From the NCBI RefSeq assembly GCF_018977255.1, contig NW_024704743.1, positions 52,516,001-52,580,000 of the forward strand: 64,000 bases of DNA. Direction: 5' to 3'. Positions 51,450 through 63,775 of this stretch are shown here, one piece after another; the first letter of the stretch is position 1; every line of letters begins with the position of its first letter. Below the pieces are notes generated by a model. The model made no database searches. It saw nothing but the letters and a program-made list of their open reading frames with translations, and was not told the DNA's origin. The position numbers and the translations under genes were made by a program. The stretch is from Callorhinchus milii (lineage: Eukaryota).

Positions 51450-52870
51450 CAATGTCATTGGTAGTCCATCTGCTACCGCCCCTGGGGAAAAAAAATCTCC
51501 TCCCCCTCCCTCTTCGCTGCTCTGGAGCCATCTGAACTCCTCCCACTCTGGGCTTCTGCCCGCAATGAAGTATCCTCCTTGGTCACTCTCCTCCACAAGA
51601 TGCTCTTGCTACCCTCACATCCCGAACCGTCTCCTACTCACGAAAGTCATCATGATACACCAGCCACCTCTGCTCCCTTAAAGCACAGGTGTGTGCCACT
51701 GAATCCACCTGGCTTAAATTCAACTTAACGGTCCATCGGCAGATCTGGCTGCACGTTATTAAATCCTACCATTACACCTTCACCTCCGCTAAATCATTGT
51801 TCTACTCCATGACAATCTTGGAGGCCAAGGATAACCCCGGGTTCCTCTTCTCCATCATCAACCGGCTCCTCCACCCACCCTCTCACACCTCCCCCATCTT
51901 CTCCAACGCCAAATTCGAGGGGATCCGCTCAGCTGCCTCTGCCTTTCCGTCTGCCACCCCCTCCCCATCTTCCCATCCTCGAACCTGTCTCCCACTCCTC
52001 TTTCACCACCACTATAACCTACATGAAACTGACCACCTGCTTAGGTCCACACCTCAGGCTCTGACAGCATCACCATCCATGGTTGCACACTCCACCTTAC
52101 TAAGCCAGTCCGGAACCTTGGCGTCTTGTTTTGACCCTCAGGAATCCTTTCTACCCCACATCCGTGCCATGACCCACTCTGCCTTCCCCCACCTCTCCCT
52201 TCCCCCACCACCGGTTCCATCACTATCTCACACCACAGGCCTCCGAAACCCTCATACACGCATTCATAACATCCAGGCTCGACTACGCAAATTCCCTGCT
52301 TGTCGGCCTCCCCAACTCCTCTCTCCATAGGCTGCAGATCATCCAGACCTCTGCAGCCCATGTCTTCTCCCGCACCAGGCTCCGTGACCCTATCATCCCC
52401 ATTTTCGCCCGACTCCACTGGCTTCCCATCACACAGAAGATACAGTTCAAGATCCTGGTCCTCACCTTCAAAGCCTTCTGTGGTCTTGCTCCCCCCTACC
52501 TCTGCGACCTCCTAACCCCCTAGCATCCTGCCCGCTCCCTCCACTCAGTGGGTTCCAGTCTATTTTACGTCCCCCGCCTCGCTCACCCATCATTGGCGGG
52601 CGGGTATTCTATCCCCACACTCTGGAACTTCATCCCACAGTCCCTCTGCCGCGCCCTCTCCCTTGCAACCTTCAAGACCCATCTCAAGACCCTCCTCTTC
52701 GACCATGCTTTCTTCCCCCATCATTCTCGTTCCCGCCCTGTCCTCCACCTTCCCCAATCCCAACCCCCAGCTCGCGTCCGAAACTCTGACTGTCCAACGC
52801 CTTGGGATGCCCTCCCAACGTGAAAGGCACTTTACAAATGTAATTTTGTTGTTGTTGTTGTTGTTGTTGC
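51450..52870 (+). mobile_element. Decayed, internally deleted L2 LINE
   Basis: Similar to 23420-25410; (TTG)n tail at 52847-52869. Confidence 0.8.
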
Positions 52871-53909
52871 TGTGCTCGCCAAGCAGTCACTGTTTACAGA
52901 ATTTTAGGCAAATTTTACAGAATATTATTTGATAATTAAAGACATTGTATGATTATTACTTATTAATCAATAAATCGTGGCAAGGAATCCCAGCACCTGG
53001 GACGTCTTTCCGACGTGAAGGGCGCGATACAAGTGTAATTTGTTGTCGTTTTTGGATTCCTGCTTTCATATTGTTTCAATCATCCTAAGGTATGAAACAA
53101 ACACACGAAGGATCGCTTCATCTGTAGAAACCTGTGTTCAATGCTTCTGGATGTGGGATAAAAAATGTGGGATGTGCCCCTTTGAGTTCAGTCACCACCA
53201 GTGACAATTCCTTAAACAATTGCCCTGATCCTTACTATCAGGAGGAAAGCATCAAAGGACAGGCGACCTGATGGCGCTATTACAAAATTGAAACACAGTG
53301 ACACACACCTACAGGCCGATTGTCGCCATTACAGGCGGTCCTCACAGCGCCGCCCAGTGGTGGATTTACTTTTTTACAGGTTCAGCGCCTCTCACTGGCG
53401 GAGTGACTAAACTACATCCCAGGTGGTGCTGTTTTGGGTCTGCTGAGCGTCTGCTATGTGCAGAAGTCTATCTCCAAACCAGACTGACATGTTCCAATGC
53501 CATGAAAATTTCCCTGTGACTGGAATGGAATAGCCTGTCATGAGAATCCTGTAGCTCAGTGGTGAGAACGCTCGCCTCGCAAGTGAGAGACCTGCGTTTC
53601 ATTCCCGGCGGAGCGAAATGTTGGCCAAGTTTCCTCACTCCACACTCCTCTGTTTCCCTAGCAGTAAGTAGGAACCAGGATTGTCCTTTGATTGGCGGAT
53701 CACTTTTCTGGAGGTAATAATTCCTGAAAAAAATTATTATAATTTTGCTCACTCAATCCACGGCTGTTTGGGGGACAATGCTGTACGCGATCGGCTGCCG
53801 TGTTGCCCCCACAAAATACAGTCAATTCACTTTACAGTATATTATGTGAAACGCTTTGAGACATCTCAAAGACATGATAAGGCGCTGTATCAAAAATGCA
53901 AGGATTATT

Positions 53910-55200
53910 ACCTCCCGAACGAAGCCCGCCATGTGCTCCCTTGACTCCAGCCCCAACCCTTTCCTGACTTCCAAGCTCCACAATGTTGCCCCTTACAAAC
54001 CTCTTTTTCAACCTGTCCACTAGCACAGTTCCCACCCATTTCAAAACAGCTGTTAACTCCTCATAAAACTTCCCTCAACCCATCCCTGTTCCCTAACTAC
54101 CATATGATCTCCAATCTGCCTTTCCTTTCCAAGGTATTGGAATGAGTCGTTGCTTCCCAGCTTCGCTCTTTCTTCTCTGTGTACTTCCTGCATAAATCCC
54201 TCCAATCTGGCTTCCACACTGCTCACAGTACAGACTTCCCTGGTCAATGACGTTCTCTCCATCTCTGACTAGGGCTCTACCTCCTCGACCTTCTTGACCT
54301 CTGAGCTGCTTTCAACACTGTCAACCATTCTAGTCTCACTGCCTCTCCTCTTAGCTTCACCTTCATGGTCGTTTCCTTCCCTGGTTTCATTCTTACCTTT
54401 TCCATCGTCTCCACTTTAAATCTGCCAATGGTTTCTCCTCCTGCCCCCACACCATCTCGTGTTCTTCATGGCTCTGTCCTCGGTTCTCTTCTTAATATTC
54501 ACATGCTCAATAATGTTATACCCAGGCATGGGGTTTAACAATCCACATGTATAGGGGTGGCACACATCTCTATCTCTCTATCTTCACCCTCGATTCTAGG
54601 ACCACTGTTATATTGACTGATTGATTATACCAACTGCTTGCTGGACTTCTCAACTCTTCCCCCCACAAGCTGAAGACCATCCAGAACTCTACAACTCGTG
54701 TCCTCTCCCACACTTGGCTCCATGAGACTATCATGAGACTTGGTGTCTGGTTCAATCCCAGATTTTCTTCTTCTTCACAGTCCATCCCTCACCAAAACCA
54801 CCTTCCTTCACCTCCTCCAATTGCCCGTCTCCACCCATTTGACATTCAATGCAGCTGAAGCACTCATTTACATCTCCATTGCATCTCACTCAGACTTTCC
54901 CTAGCTCCACCATTCATAAATTTCAACTCCTTCAAAACTGCTGTCTGTATCATCACCCATACGAAACTCTGCACATCCATCATTACAGGTCTCCTCTCTC
55001 TCCCAATGGATCAACTTAAGGTCCTCACCTACACTTACAAATCCATTGTGGACACGTTCCATGGCAACTTATTATCTCTATTCCTTCACTCTCCCCTCTG
55101 TTCAGCTAACTTAGACATGCTGCTTGGATCCATCCTCTCTATGCCACCATCGGTGGCCAAGTCTTCATATCCTATGCCCTTAATCTCTGTATTTCCCTCC
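53910..55200 (+). mobile_element. Old, highly decayed L2 LINE fragments
   Basis: Degenerate similarity to the RT region of 24100-25300. Confidence 0.65.
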
Positions 55201-55514
55201 ACCACTGTGTCTCACCTTCATTCTCCTTGTTTTTAAGTCCTGCCTCAAATTCTACCTCTTTGAATTTGCCCACGGTTGCTTCTCATCTCCTCTCCTGCTC
55301 GGTGTCCAATTCCATCCCGGTTAAAGCACACCGAGATGTTACCCTGTGTCAGTGGTGGCCAACCCATGGCCCATGGACCAGAAGTGGTCGTAGGCGTGTC
55401 AAGACGTGGCTCCCTCAACAATCACACAAGTCTAGGTCAGTCTGGTTTAAGTCAATGTTTTCCTTCCAATTTTTTCTTGATTGAATAGCTCTTGATTTAT
55501 GCATTAATTTATGC

Positions 55515-55870
55515 ATAAGGCTGAGGGGGTGTCTGATTGAGGTTTTTAAATTAGAAGGGTTTTGATCGGGTAGGTACAGAGAAACTATTTCCTCTGGTGC
55601 GGGAATCCAGAACAAGTGGGCATAGTTTTAAAATTAGAGCTAGGCCATTTAGGAGTAGATATCTGGAACACTCTCCCATAAGAGGCTGCAGATGCCGGAT
55701 CCATTCAAACTTTCAAGACTGAAGTGGATAGATTTTCTTTAGGTCAGGGTATCCAGGGATATGGGGCAAAGGCGGGTTATTGGAGTTGAGGTACAGATCA
55801 GCCATGATCTTATAGAATGGCAGAACAGGTTCGAGGGGCTGAATGGCTTACACCTGTTCCTATGTTCTTA
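55515..55870 (+). mobile_element. CR1 3' end fragment (other short copies near 1940-2150, 4090-4260, 11260-11450, 28840-28970, 49590-49850)
   Basis: Shared CR1 tail ...gaggggctgaatggcctactcct...tatg. Confidence 0.75.
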
Positions 55871-56059
55871 TGTTGAACCTCAGCCTATAACAGAATCTGT
55901 TTCTATGAAACCCATAGAACAAAGTATAGGTCAAGAAAAACAAGGTAGAGATGTTTCATGCTGTACTTTATTGTTCTTCAGTTTTTCATTGTCCTGCTAG
56001 TGACTGCAGCTTTGGCAGTAGTTAGTCCTCATACCAGGCCAGCTGCAACAGGCATGTTT

Positions 56060-56244
56060 GCAGAAACTCACCGGAAATCGCTACGGTAACCAATTGCACG
56101 AAGTGCCAACAATTGAAGAATAGTCTTTGTGAAAGTGGAAACTCCCTTTGCACAAATCTGAGAGCGTGATGTGAATGTGAAAGGCTGGGAGACAGACACA
56201 GCCAGGCTCAGCTCTGCACAGCTGATATCTGCTAACCTCTGACG
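56060..56244 (+). promoter_or_regulatory. Candidate SAMD9 promoter and non-coding exon 1 with IRF-like and NF-kB motifs
   Basis: GAAAGTGGAAACT at 56131-56143; GGAAACTCCC (reverse complement GGGAGTTTCC) at 56137-56146; donor ACG|GTAAGA at 56245; non-repetitive sequence. Confidence 0.45.
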
Positions 56245-56631
56245 GTAAGATTCATAAGTCAATAATAAAATAGCTGAGATTGGGAGGAGAAGAGGGCGCG
56301 GAAAGGGATAAATAAATAACTTAATCAACTATTCCCCCTGCAACTCACAATGCTGAGCCTGGGGCTGGGGAGACAGAGACAGGCCCTGTTGACAGTCACA
56401 GAGGTTGCAGCTCCTCACAGCACAGACACATCGCTCCCTCCCCCTCTCAATCAGCCTGTTATTTTAAACCCAGAAAAAAAATTATTTCTTATTTTATTTC
56501 TTAATACATTTCATCTCAGTTTATTAATAATCGACATCCCCGGCTTAAGTAGGAAGGTGCAGTTTTTTTATTGTGGGATGGATGGGGGAGGGTATTCTCT
56601 GTTGTACAATTATATAAACATATTTTTTCAG

Positions 56632-56729
56632 TTTCTGTTTCCATTCCTCGCAAAAGATGACTCAGACTCGCATTCTGTAAACAGAAAGTTTCTGAGCCTG
56701 AAGCAAGAGGCTGGCCTGCCACAAACAAG
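56632..56729 (+). other. Candidate second non-coding 5' exon of SAMD9
   Basis: Acceptor tattttttcag| and donor AAG|GTATT; contains a short uORF (MTQTRIL*). Confidence 0.3.
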
Positions 56730-56889
56730 GTATTTGGCTCCTTTTTATGTAACAGTCATAAGAATAACTGGACATTATTTATGGATAAACATGTAGTGAT
56801 GACTATCCTTTATGTTCTCTTGTGGTCCTGATGTACAAAGATGAGGTGTGGTATTGAATTTGTTGTCAGTACAAATTGCTGGTTTCTGG

Positions 56890-57335
56890 ACAAAACTAAA
56901 TAGCATCTCTTTTCAAGTATATATCCAATTCATTTTGAAAGTAATTATTGAATCTGTTTCCACCACCGTTTCAGGCATTGCATTCCAGATTGCGACAACT
57001 CTGCATAAAAACAATCCTCCTCATTTCCTTATGGTTCTTTTGCCAATTATCTTAAATCTGTGTGCTCTGGTTACTGACCCACCCACCAGTGGGTTTTCCT
57101 TATTTACTCTATCAATGCCCCTCACAATGTTGATCATCTCTGTTAAATCTCCCACTAACCGTCTCTGCTCTAAGGAGAACAAACCCAGCTTGTCTAGTCT
57201 CTCCACATAGCTGAAGTCCCTCATACCTGGTACCATTCTGGTAAATCTCCTCTGCACCCTCTCCAAGGCTTTGACATCCTTCCTAAAGTATGGTGCCCAG
57301 AATTGAACACAATATTCCAACTTAGGCCTAAACAG
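56890..57335 (-). mobile_element. CR1 LINE 3' fragment
   Basis: [41 protein letters not shown]. Confidence 0.85.
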
Positions 57336-58322
57336 GGAGAATCGTACTGTAAAATGGAGGATAATAATAAATCACTGAAAAGAGATTCGGAAAGACAGCC
57401 CCTTAACAGTGTAATGTCATGAGATCAAAAGGGAAGAGATTTCTTCATTCAAACCTTTCTTATGAGCTTGTGAATACTTTGACAACGGAGTATAATTTGT
57501 GGTATAGTCACAATAAGAAATGCCCAGATATTGAATCATTAAAATATTAAATTGAATGTAGTGAGCCATACATTTTTCAATTCATTTCATATTTTAGAAC
57601 TTTAGTAATTTCTTATGAAGAAATTTGTTGAAAATTAAACCCAAATCTCATGTCTTCCCTTTCTAACCAGAACAGATTTTGGAAATTTATATCAGCTAAA
57701 ATAAGTAATATATGAGGATACTTTTAGAGATTTATAACAGAATGTTACGAGTTAAGGGTCTTCAAAATAACTTGAGGATACATAAATATTTTTCTCTATA
57801 GTTTAAGTACATCCATATATAAAAAATGAAAAAAAAGTTTTGGAGTGCTTAAAATACATCAGAATGATAGAAACTCTTTAAACTTTAAAGGAATATTAAA
57901 ATGAGAATTTGTTTCTATTAAGAATAATAAGTATCAACAATAATAATAATCTTTACATTTGATATAGTGCTTTTCACGTCTTCTAGATGTCTCAAAGCGC
58001 TTCACAGAATATGCTGCAAAGTAAATTGACTGTATATTTGTGGGTGAAATGCGGCAACTAATTGCGCACAGCAGTGTCCCACAAACAGTCGTGGATTGAA
58101 AATTACCAATTTATTATGTTTTGTTTTTTTGGAGGGATTATTATTTCTTCAGGAAGAAACTTTTTCTTCCTATTAAGGTCAATAAAGATCAACGATGAAC
58201 AAAGCTCCTAAAAAAAAGTGTATTGGAGTGCTTAAAACTCACCAGAATGACAGAAACTCTCTAAACTTTCAAAAGAATAATCCAAGAACTTTTTTTTGTA
58301 TTAAGGATAATAAAGATCAACG

Positions 58323-61300
58323 ATGAGCAAAGCATGTGATTTCCCAGACAACATGAATGAATGGACCAAAGATCATGTCAGACATTGGGTAGTTGATCAA
58401 TTGAAGCTTGATCAGAAATGTGGAGAAATACTGTACAATGAAGATGTCTCTGGAGTGGTGTTGGTGGAACTTACTAAAACAGACTTAAAAGAAATGGGCT
58501 TAAAAGCAGGACCTGCTTCTCTGATAGTGCGTAAATGTAATGAATTCAGCAAAAGTCAAAAGCAGGTCACAAAACAAGAAGGTGTCGCTGATATTCACCG
58601 AACAAGCTCAAAAACAAACAAATTGGAAAGTCAACCTTCTTTCCCAGCAAGTGGTTCAAATGATGGGGTAAATGACAGCAAGAAAACAGAGGATCAGTAT
58701 AAGAAAACAGAACACGCAGAATCCACTGAAACATCTTCCTTGAAATCCAGCAAAAAAAAGGGTAAAACAAAGAATATTGAGAACCAAACGGAGTCAGGAG
58801 TTTCTCTGATTAAACATGAGGAAGCCACAGAAATACACAGTGATGTGGGTAATTCTACATCAGAAGAAACAGAAACAAAAGGACAGCAGAAACCGCAGGA
58901 TACATTCAGTACAGTTACAAACATACAACCCAAGACAGCAACACCACAAAGGAAAGGACAGCAATTTAAAATCACTGCTGAAGAACAGATACCTAAACAG
59001 ATGTGTGAGCCACATCCATTTGATGAATCTCACACAGGTAGAAGATACGTACAGAACATTATTCTCCCTCCGGAAACAGGACCCTCTAATCTAATGGACC
59101 CAATACATGAGTATAAGCTTCTGACACGGACAGAGAACGCAACAGAGGAAGACATTAAAAAGAAGTTTGGTAATGAAGTTTTTAGATTTGCAGCTGCTTG
59201 TATGAATACTCGAACAAATGGCACCATCCATTTTGGAGTAGGAGACACCAAATGTGAGTATGAACATGGTGAGATTATAGGAGTGTGTGTAGACAGTAAA
59301 GATAAATACGTTGATTATCTTCAAAATAATTTTGTGCATTACTTTGGCCGAGATGACATCATGGATGCAAAATACATCATTAGACCACCTCGCTTTGTGG
59401 AGATTCGAAATGCTGATCAGACTTTGTCAGGAAAGTATGTGATAGAGGTTGATGTTGTCCCAAGCTACAATACTTGTGCTTTGAAGTTATATCACATTCA
59501 TATGATGAATCTGATAGACAAAAAATGGATGAAGAGCAAAGAGAAACATCTGTTTATACGAGATGGAAGCAGCTCCAGAGACATTCTGGGGAATAAAAAT
59601 CTCACAGAAAGAGAAGCTGAATATAGAAGATTCTTGACTGAGACGCTACCAACCTTGGCGGAGAAACGGAAAGTTGAAGAAGAAAAAACGGACAAAAAAA
59701 GAACAACCATAAAACAAGACGGACACAAACTGAGCCGTATGATTACAGGGGGCGCTGACATGATTGACACATCATATTACCAGCGGTACATTTTAGTGAC
59801 AAATAAATGCCAGGAGAATCAAATGCAGAATTTTGATTTTCTGAAGGAGATAGATTGGTTTGCTGTGCTGGAATTTGATCCAGAATCTGTAACCAATGGC
59901 GTGTGCAAGTCTTATCGTGCAGAAAGAGCAGCAAATCTTCACTTTCCCACTCACTTCCAAGACATAGATGTAGCAATTACTGAAAAGATTGAACGGCTGA
60001 ATCTATACAAACAAACAAGCTGGATATTTTGCAATGGACGGTCAGACCTTCAGGATGAAACCTATCAGCCATTACCTCCCAAACTTTGGTACAAGGAAAG
60101 GGCTGCTGACATCAGAAAGCTGGTCTCCTTTCTGTGCAGACAAGATATTATGCCAAAAGGGAAATATTTGGTTGTGTTTCTGCTACTTTCTAAAGTGGAC
60201 GATCCAAGAGATCCCATTCTGGAAACTTTCTGCTCATTTTATCAGGAACTCAAAGGCACAGAAGATATAATGTGTATCTGTGAAAGTGAACAAACATTCC
60301 AGCAATGGAAGGACTTGTTGCAGTCCACGTGTGATTCACGAGAACTTAGCGACAGGTGTGTTTCCTCTTTAACTCTGGATGAAATCAATGCCACAATCTT
60401 GAAATTGAAATCAGTGACTCGATCTACCAGACGCTTCTTACCCTCAGCAACATCAGCATCAGTTATTCTACAGAAAAAAGAGGAGGAATACATGACTGCT
60501 CTTGAAATCCTGTGTGAAAATGAATGTGAGGGAACTGAAATTGAAAATGACCAAATAATTTTAAAGAATTTCAAAAATCCAAAGAGGAACAGTTTTATAG
60601 AGGTGACAAAGCATCATGGTGGAACTTTTACTTTTCCACAAACGGCTATTCTGGTGCTTTTATCAAACGCGATAGTTATACTAAACTCAATGAACTTATT
60701 AACTCAGAATCACCTTCTGCAATGCGTGTGAAGATCATCAATCTGTTTCATCACCCAGGCTGCGGTGGGACAACTTTAGCTATGCATGTTTTATGGGAAT
60801 TGAGGAAAAAGGTGAGGTGTGCTGTCCTGAGGAACAGCAATGGTGATTTTGCAGAAATTGGAAGACAAGTTATTAACTTGGTCACTTACGGGGGAACCCC
60901 TCAGTCTGATTACCTCCCTGTGTTACTCTTAGTAGATGACTTTGAAGAGTTGGAAAATGTGCATATGTTACAAAATTCCATTCAATCCACCGTTGCTGAA
61001 AAAGGCCTCAGATTTGAGCGTCCACTGGTAATTGTTCTGAACTGTATGAGATCCCAGGATCCAGACAAAAGCTCAAAAATGTGTGTTTTATACAGTGTCA
61101 CTTTGAAGCATGAACTCTCTAAGAAAGAGCAACACTTGTTTTTGTCTAAACTGAAAGAAATTGAGAAATACCACACAAGACCAGAAGACTTCTATTCCTT
61201 CATGATCATGAAAACTAACTTTGATAAAAGCTACATTGCAAATTTGGTTCATAACATTTTGAAAGACCTGAGGAATTCTACTAAACAAGCTGACCTCATT

Positions 61301-63349
61301 TCATTTTTGGCATTGCTGAATTCCTATGTTAAAGATTCATCAATGTCGTTATCAAAATGCGAGGAGTTCTTAGGGGTAGGTCATGTGAAGACATCATTCT
61401 GGGGCCCAGAAAAGTTTGAAGATTTGATGGGCACTTATTGTACTCTTCTCATTCGTATTGAGGTTGAAGAATATGGCAGATACCAGGGTATTCGTATCAT
61501 CCATCCACTGATTGCCATGCGTTGCTTGGAAGAGCTGAAGTTGTCATGCAGTCTGCACAAGAGTGAAATTGTCGAACGTTTCCTCTCTCAAAACATGTTG
61601 TTTCAGCGTAGCATTGGCAGAGAGAAACTCCTGCAAGACACATGGAGCATGTTGATTACAAGACAACGGAAAGAACATGGAGATGAAACAGATACTTTAT
61701 TCTCTCCATTAATTGAAGCAATTCAGAAGGAAGAGGGAAATCCTCAGGTACAGAGTGTTTTGACTGAAGCATTAAATAGGTTTGACCAGAATCCATATAT
61801 TTGTCAAGTCTTAGCCAGACACCTGTGCCTGAAGGAAAAGAACTTTGATTTAGCGCTTGAATGGGCACATAAAGCGAAAGATAAGGCAAAAGATAATTCC
61901 TACATTACTGACACTTTGGGCCAAGTTTTTAAAAGCAAATTAAAACACAGGATGGAAAGTGAGGATATTTTGAAACAAACTGTTCTGACAACCTGCCAGT
62001 TGAATGAGTTTCTAGAGCTTGCTCAGTCTGCTTCAAAAGCCTTCAAAGAATCTCAGGAACTGACTGAGAAGAAAGGTGAAGGCAGAATACAATGGGCAGA
62101 GCAGAGGACTAAACGGAAGCATGATGTGTACAACACATCCGGATATCTTGGAGAGATTGAAATGGCTCTTTGTGTCATTGATATCCTCAGAATGATACCA
62201 TTCTTTAATGGAAAGGATGAACTAAGTAAACAACAAATGGCACACTTGCTATCAGGAAACATGAATCTCAGTCACATTGAAAAAACAAACAGCATTGATG
62301 AAGACTTGTGTTCAGTGCTTGAAGACTACAACTGTTACTTGATTAATATTCAAACCAGTTTAAAAGCTGCTTTTGATTTTTTTGAAGACTACTTTGTCTA
62401 TTTCAAACCAAGAAACATTGAGAAAGAAATAGCAGATTTTAAGATTCGCAAGAAAGTCTCAGAATGTTTTGGCAAGTACACAGACATATTCTGTCCGTCG
62501 CAAAGTACTTACATGGCTGCAAAAAAGGACAAGCCAAAACTCAGCATGCAACTTGAGCTGGAGGATTGCAAAAAGTTTTTAGAAGCACATAAAGCTGACC
62601 GATTTGCTGGCTTACTTGAGTTTCTTACCAACAATCACGGAGCTGGACGAACATTGGAAGAAGTTGTTAGCAAATATCAATTTGTCCTCCAAAATGCAAG
62701 AAACAAAAAATTAACAAGAGAAAAGCAAAATTTCATCTTGGCCAACATTGTATTGAATTGTATCACACACGGGTCCAAGAAAATCGAAAGTTACGAGAAA
62801 CTTTTGCACCTTTTGAAAGAAGTGCTGCAAGATGTGGGTTCTGATCACTGTCACGCTGAACCATATTTTTTGGCTTCCTTGTTGTTCTGGCCGAATAAAG
62901 ATTTCAAACTAAATGAAGATTCCAAATTACTCCTGAAGTACGTGACCTCAATGAGACGGTCATTTAGAGGACGCTATGGACGCATGAGTCATTCAAAACA
63001 TGCCGTTGCACATTTCTATCTCAGTAACAGAGCAGGCTTGAATAGGTTAGTTCACAAAGGAAAAATTGATCAATTGTTCAGTGAAAAGACACACCTAAAT
63101 TCGTTATGGCAATCTGGAGAAATCTGGAAAAAAGATAAAATCGAAGAGCTTCTCCTTCGTGTGTATGGCAGGACAGGAGAAGATGACATGGTATATGTAG
63201 AGTATGGTGATGATGAAAGAATCAAAGTACCTGTACGTCCTGTATACCTGGGTAAACTGAGAAGCGGCAGAAGCATTGAAAAAATATCCTTTTATCTGGG
63301 ATTCTCAATGGATGGACCAATAGCATATGACATAGAGAACATGAATTAG
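58323..63349 (+). CDS. samd9l: Sterile alpha motif domain-containing protein 9 / 9-like; about 1675 aa if a 1-nt frameshift near 60551-60570 is repaired
   Basis: N-terminal SAM (EWTKDHVRHW...GLKAGPA), AlbA_2/Schlafen-like effector (PETGPSNLMDPIHEYK...FAAACMNTRTNGTIHFGVGD), SIR2-like (WFAVLEFDPES), STAND NTPase (HHPGCGGTTLA; LLLVDDFE), TPR-like region and C-terminal SFYLGFSMDGPIAYDIE. The two ORFs (58323-60731, 60722-63349) join via a -1 shift that restores EEQFYRGDKASWWNFYFS. SAMD9 versus SAMD9L orthology cannot be resolved. Confidence 0.95.
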
Positions 63350-63409
63350 TTACTGTAAGAGGGTTACCAGCTTCTGTGTTAAATTATTCACCAATACAGT
63401 TTTAAACTT

Positions 63410-63775
63410 CATGAATTCAGACATCAACTCCTGGATGAGAGCTAGCTTTCTACAGTTGAACGTCAGCAAGACCGAGGCTCTCCTGATTGGCTCACGCCAT
63501 CTGCACAGCTGCACCATGACCCGCTCTACCTTGCCACACGCCTGCAACAGTGCCCGACTCCTCAGGCCGCCGAAACCCTCATACATGTCTTCATTACATC
63601 TACGCTCGATTACGCCAATGCGCTCCTTTCCGGCCTTCCCAACTCTTCCCTCCACAAGCTGCAGATCGGGAGGCCATCCCAAACCCCCCCACCCCACTCG
63701 GGTCCTAATCCCTGATTGATTTTTTAGCGCCTTGAGATGTCCTCCCAACTTGAAAAGCTCTTCACAAATGTAATT
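63410..63775 (+). mobile_element. L2 LINE 3' fragment right after the SAMD9 stop
   Basis: [22 protein letters not shown]2 tail. Confidence 0.8.

Noticed and set aside
60722..63349. A separate 875-aa gene downstream of an 802-aa gene
   Set aside because: Both ORFs are collinear halves of one SAMD9 protein, and conserved sequence continues in the second frame upstream of its ATG.
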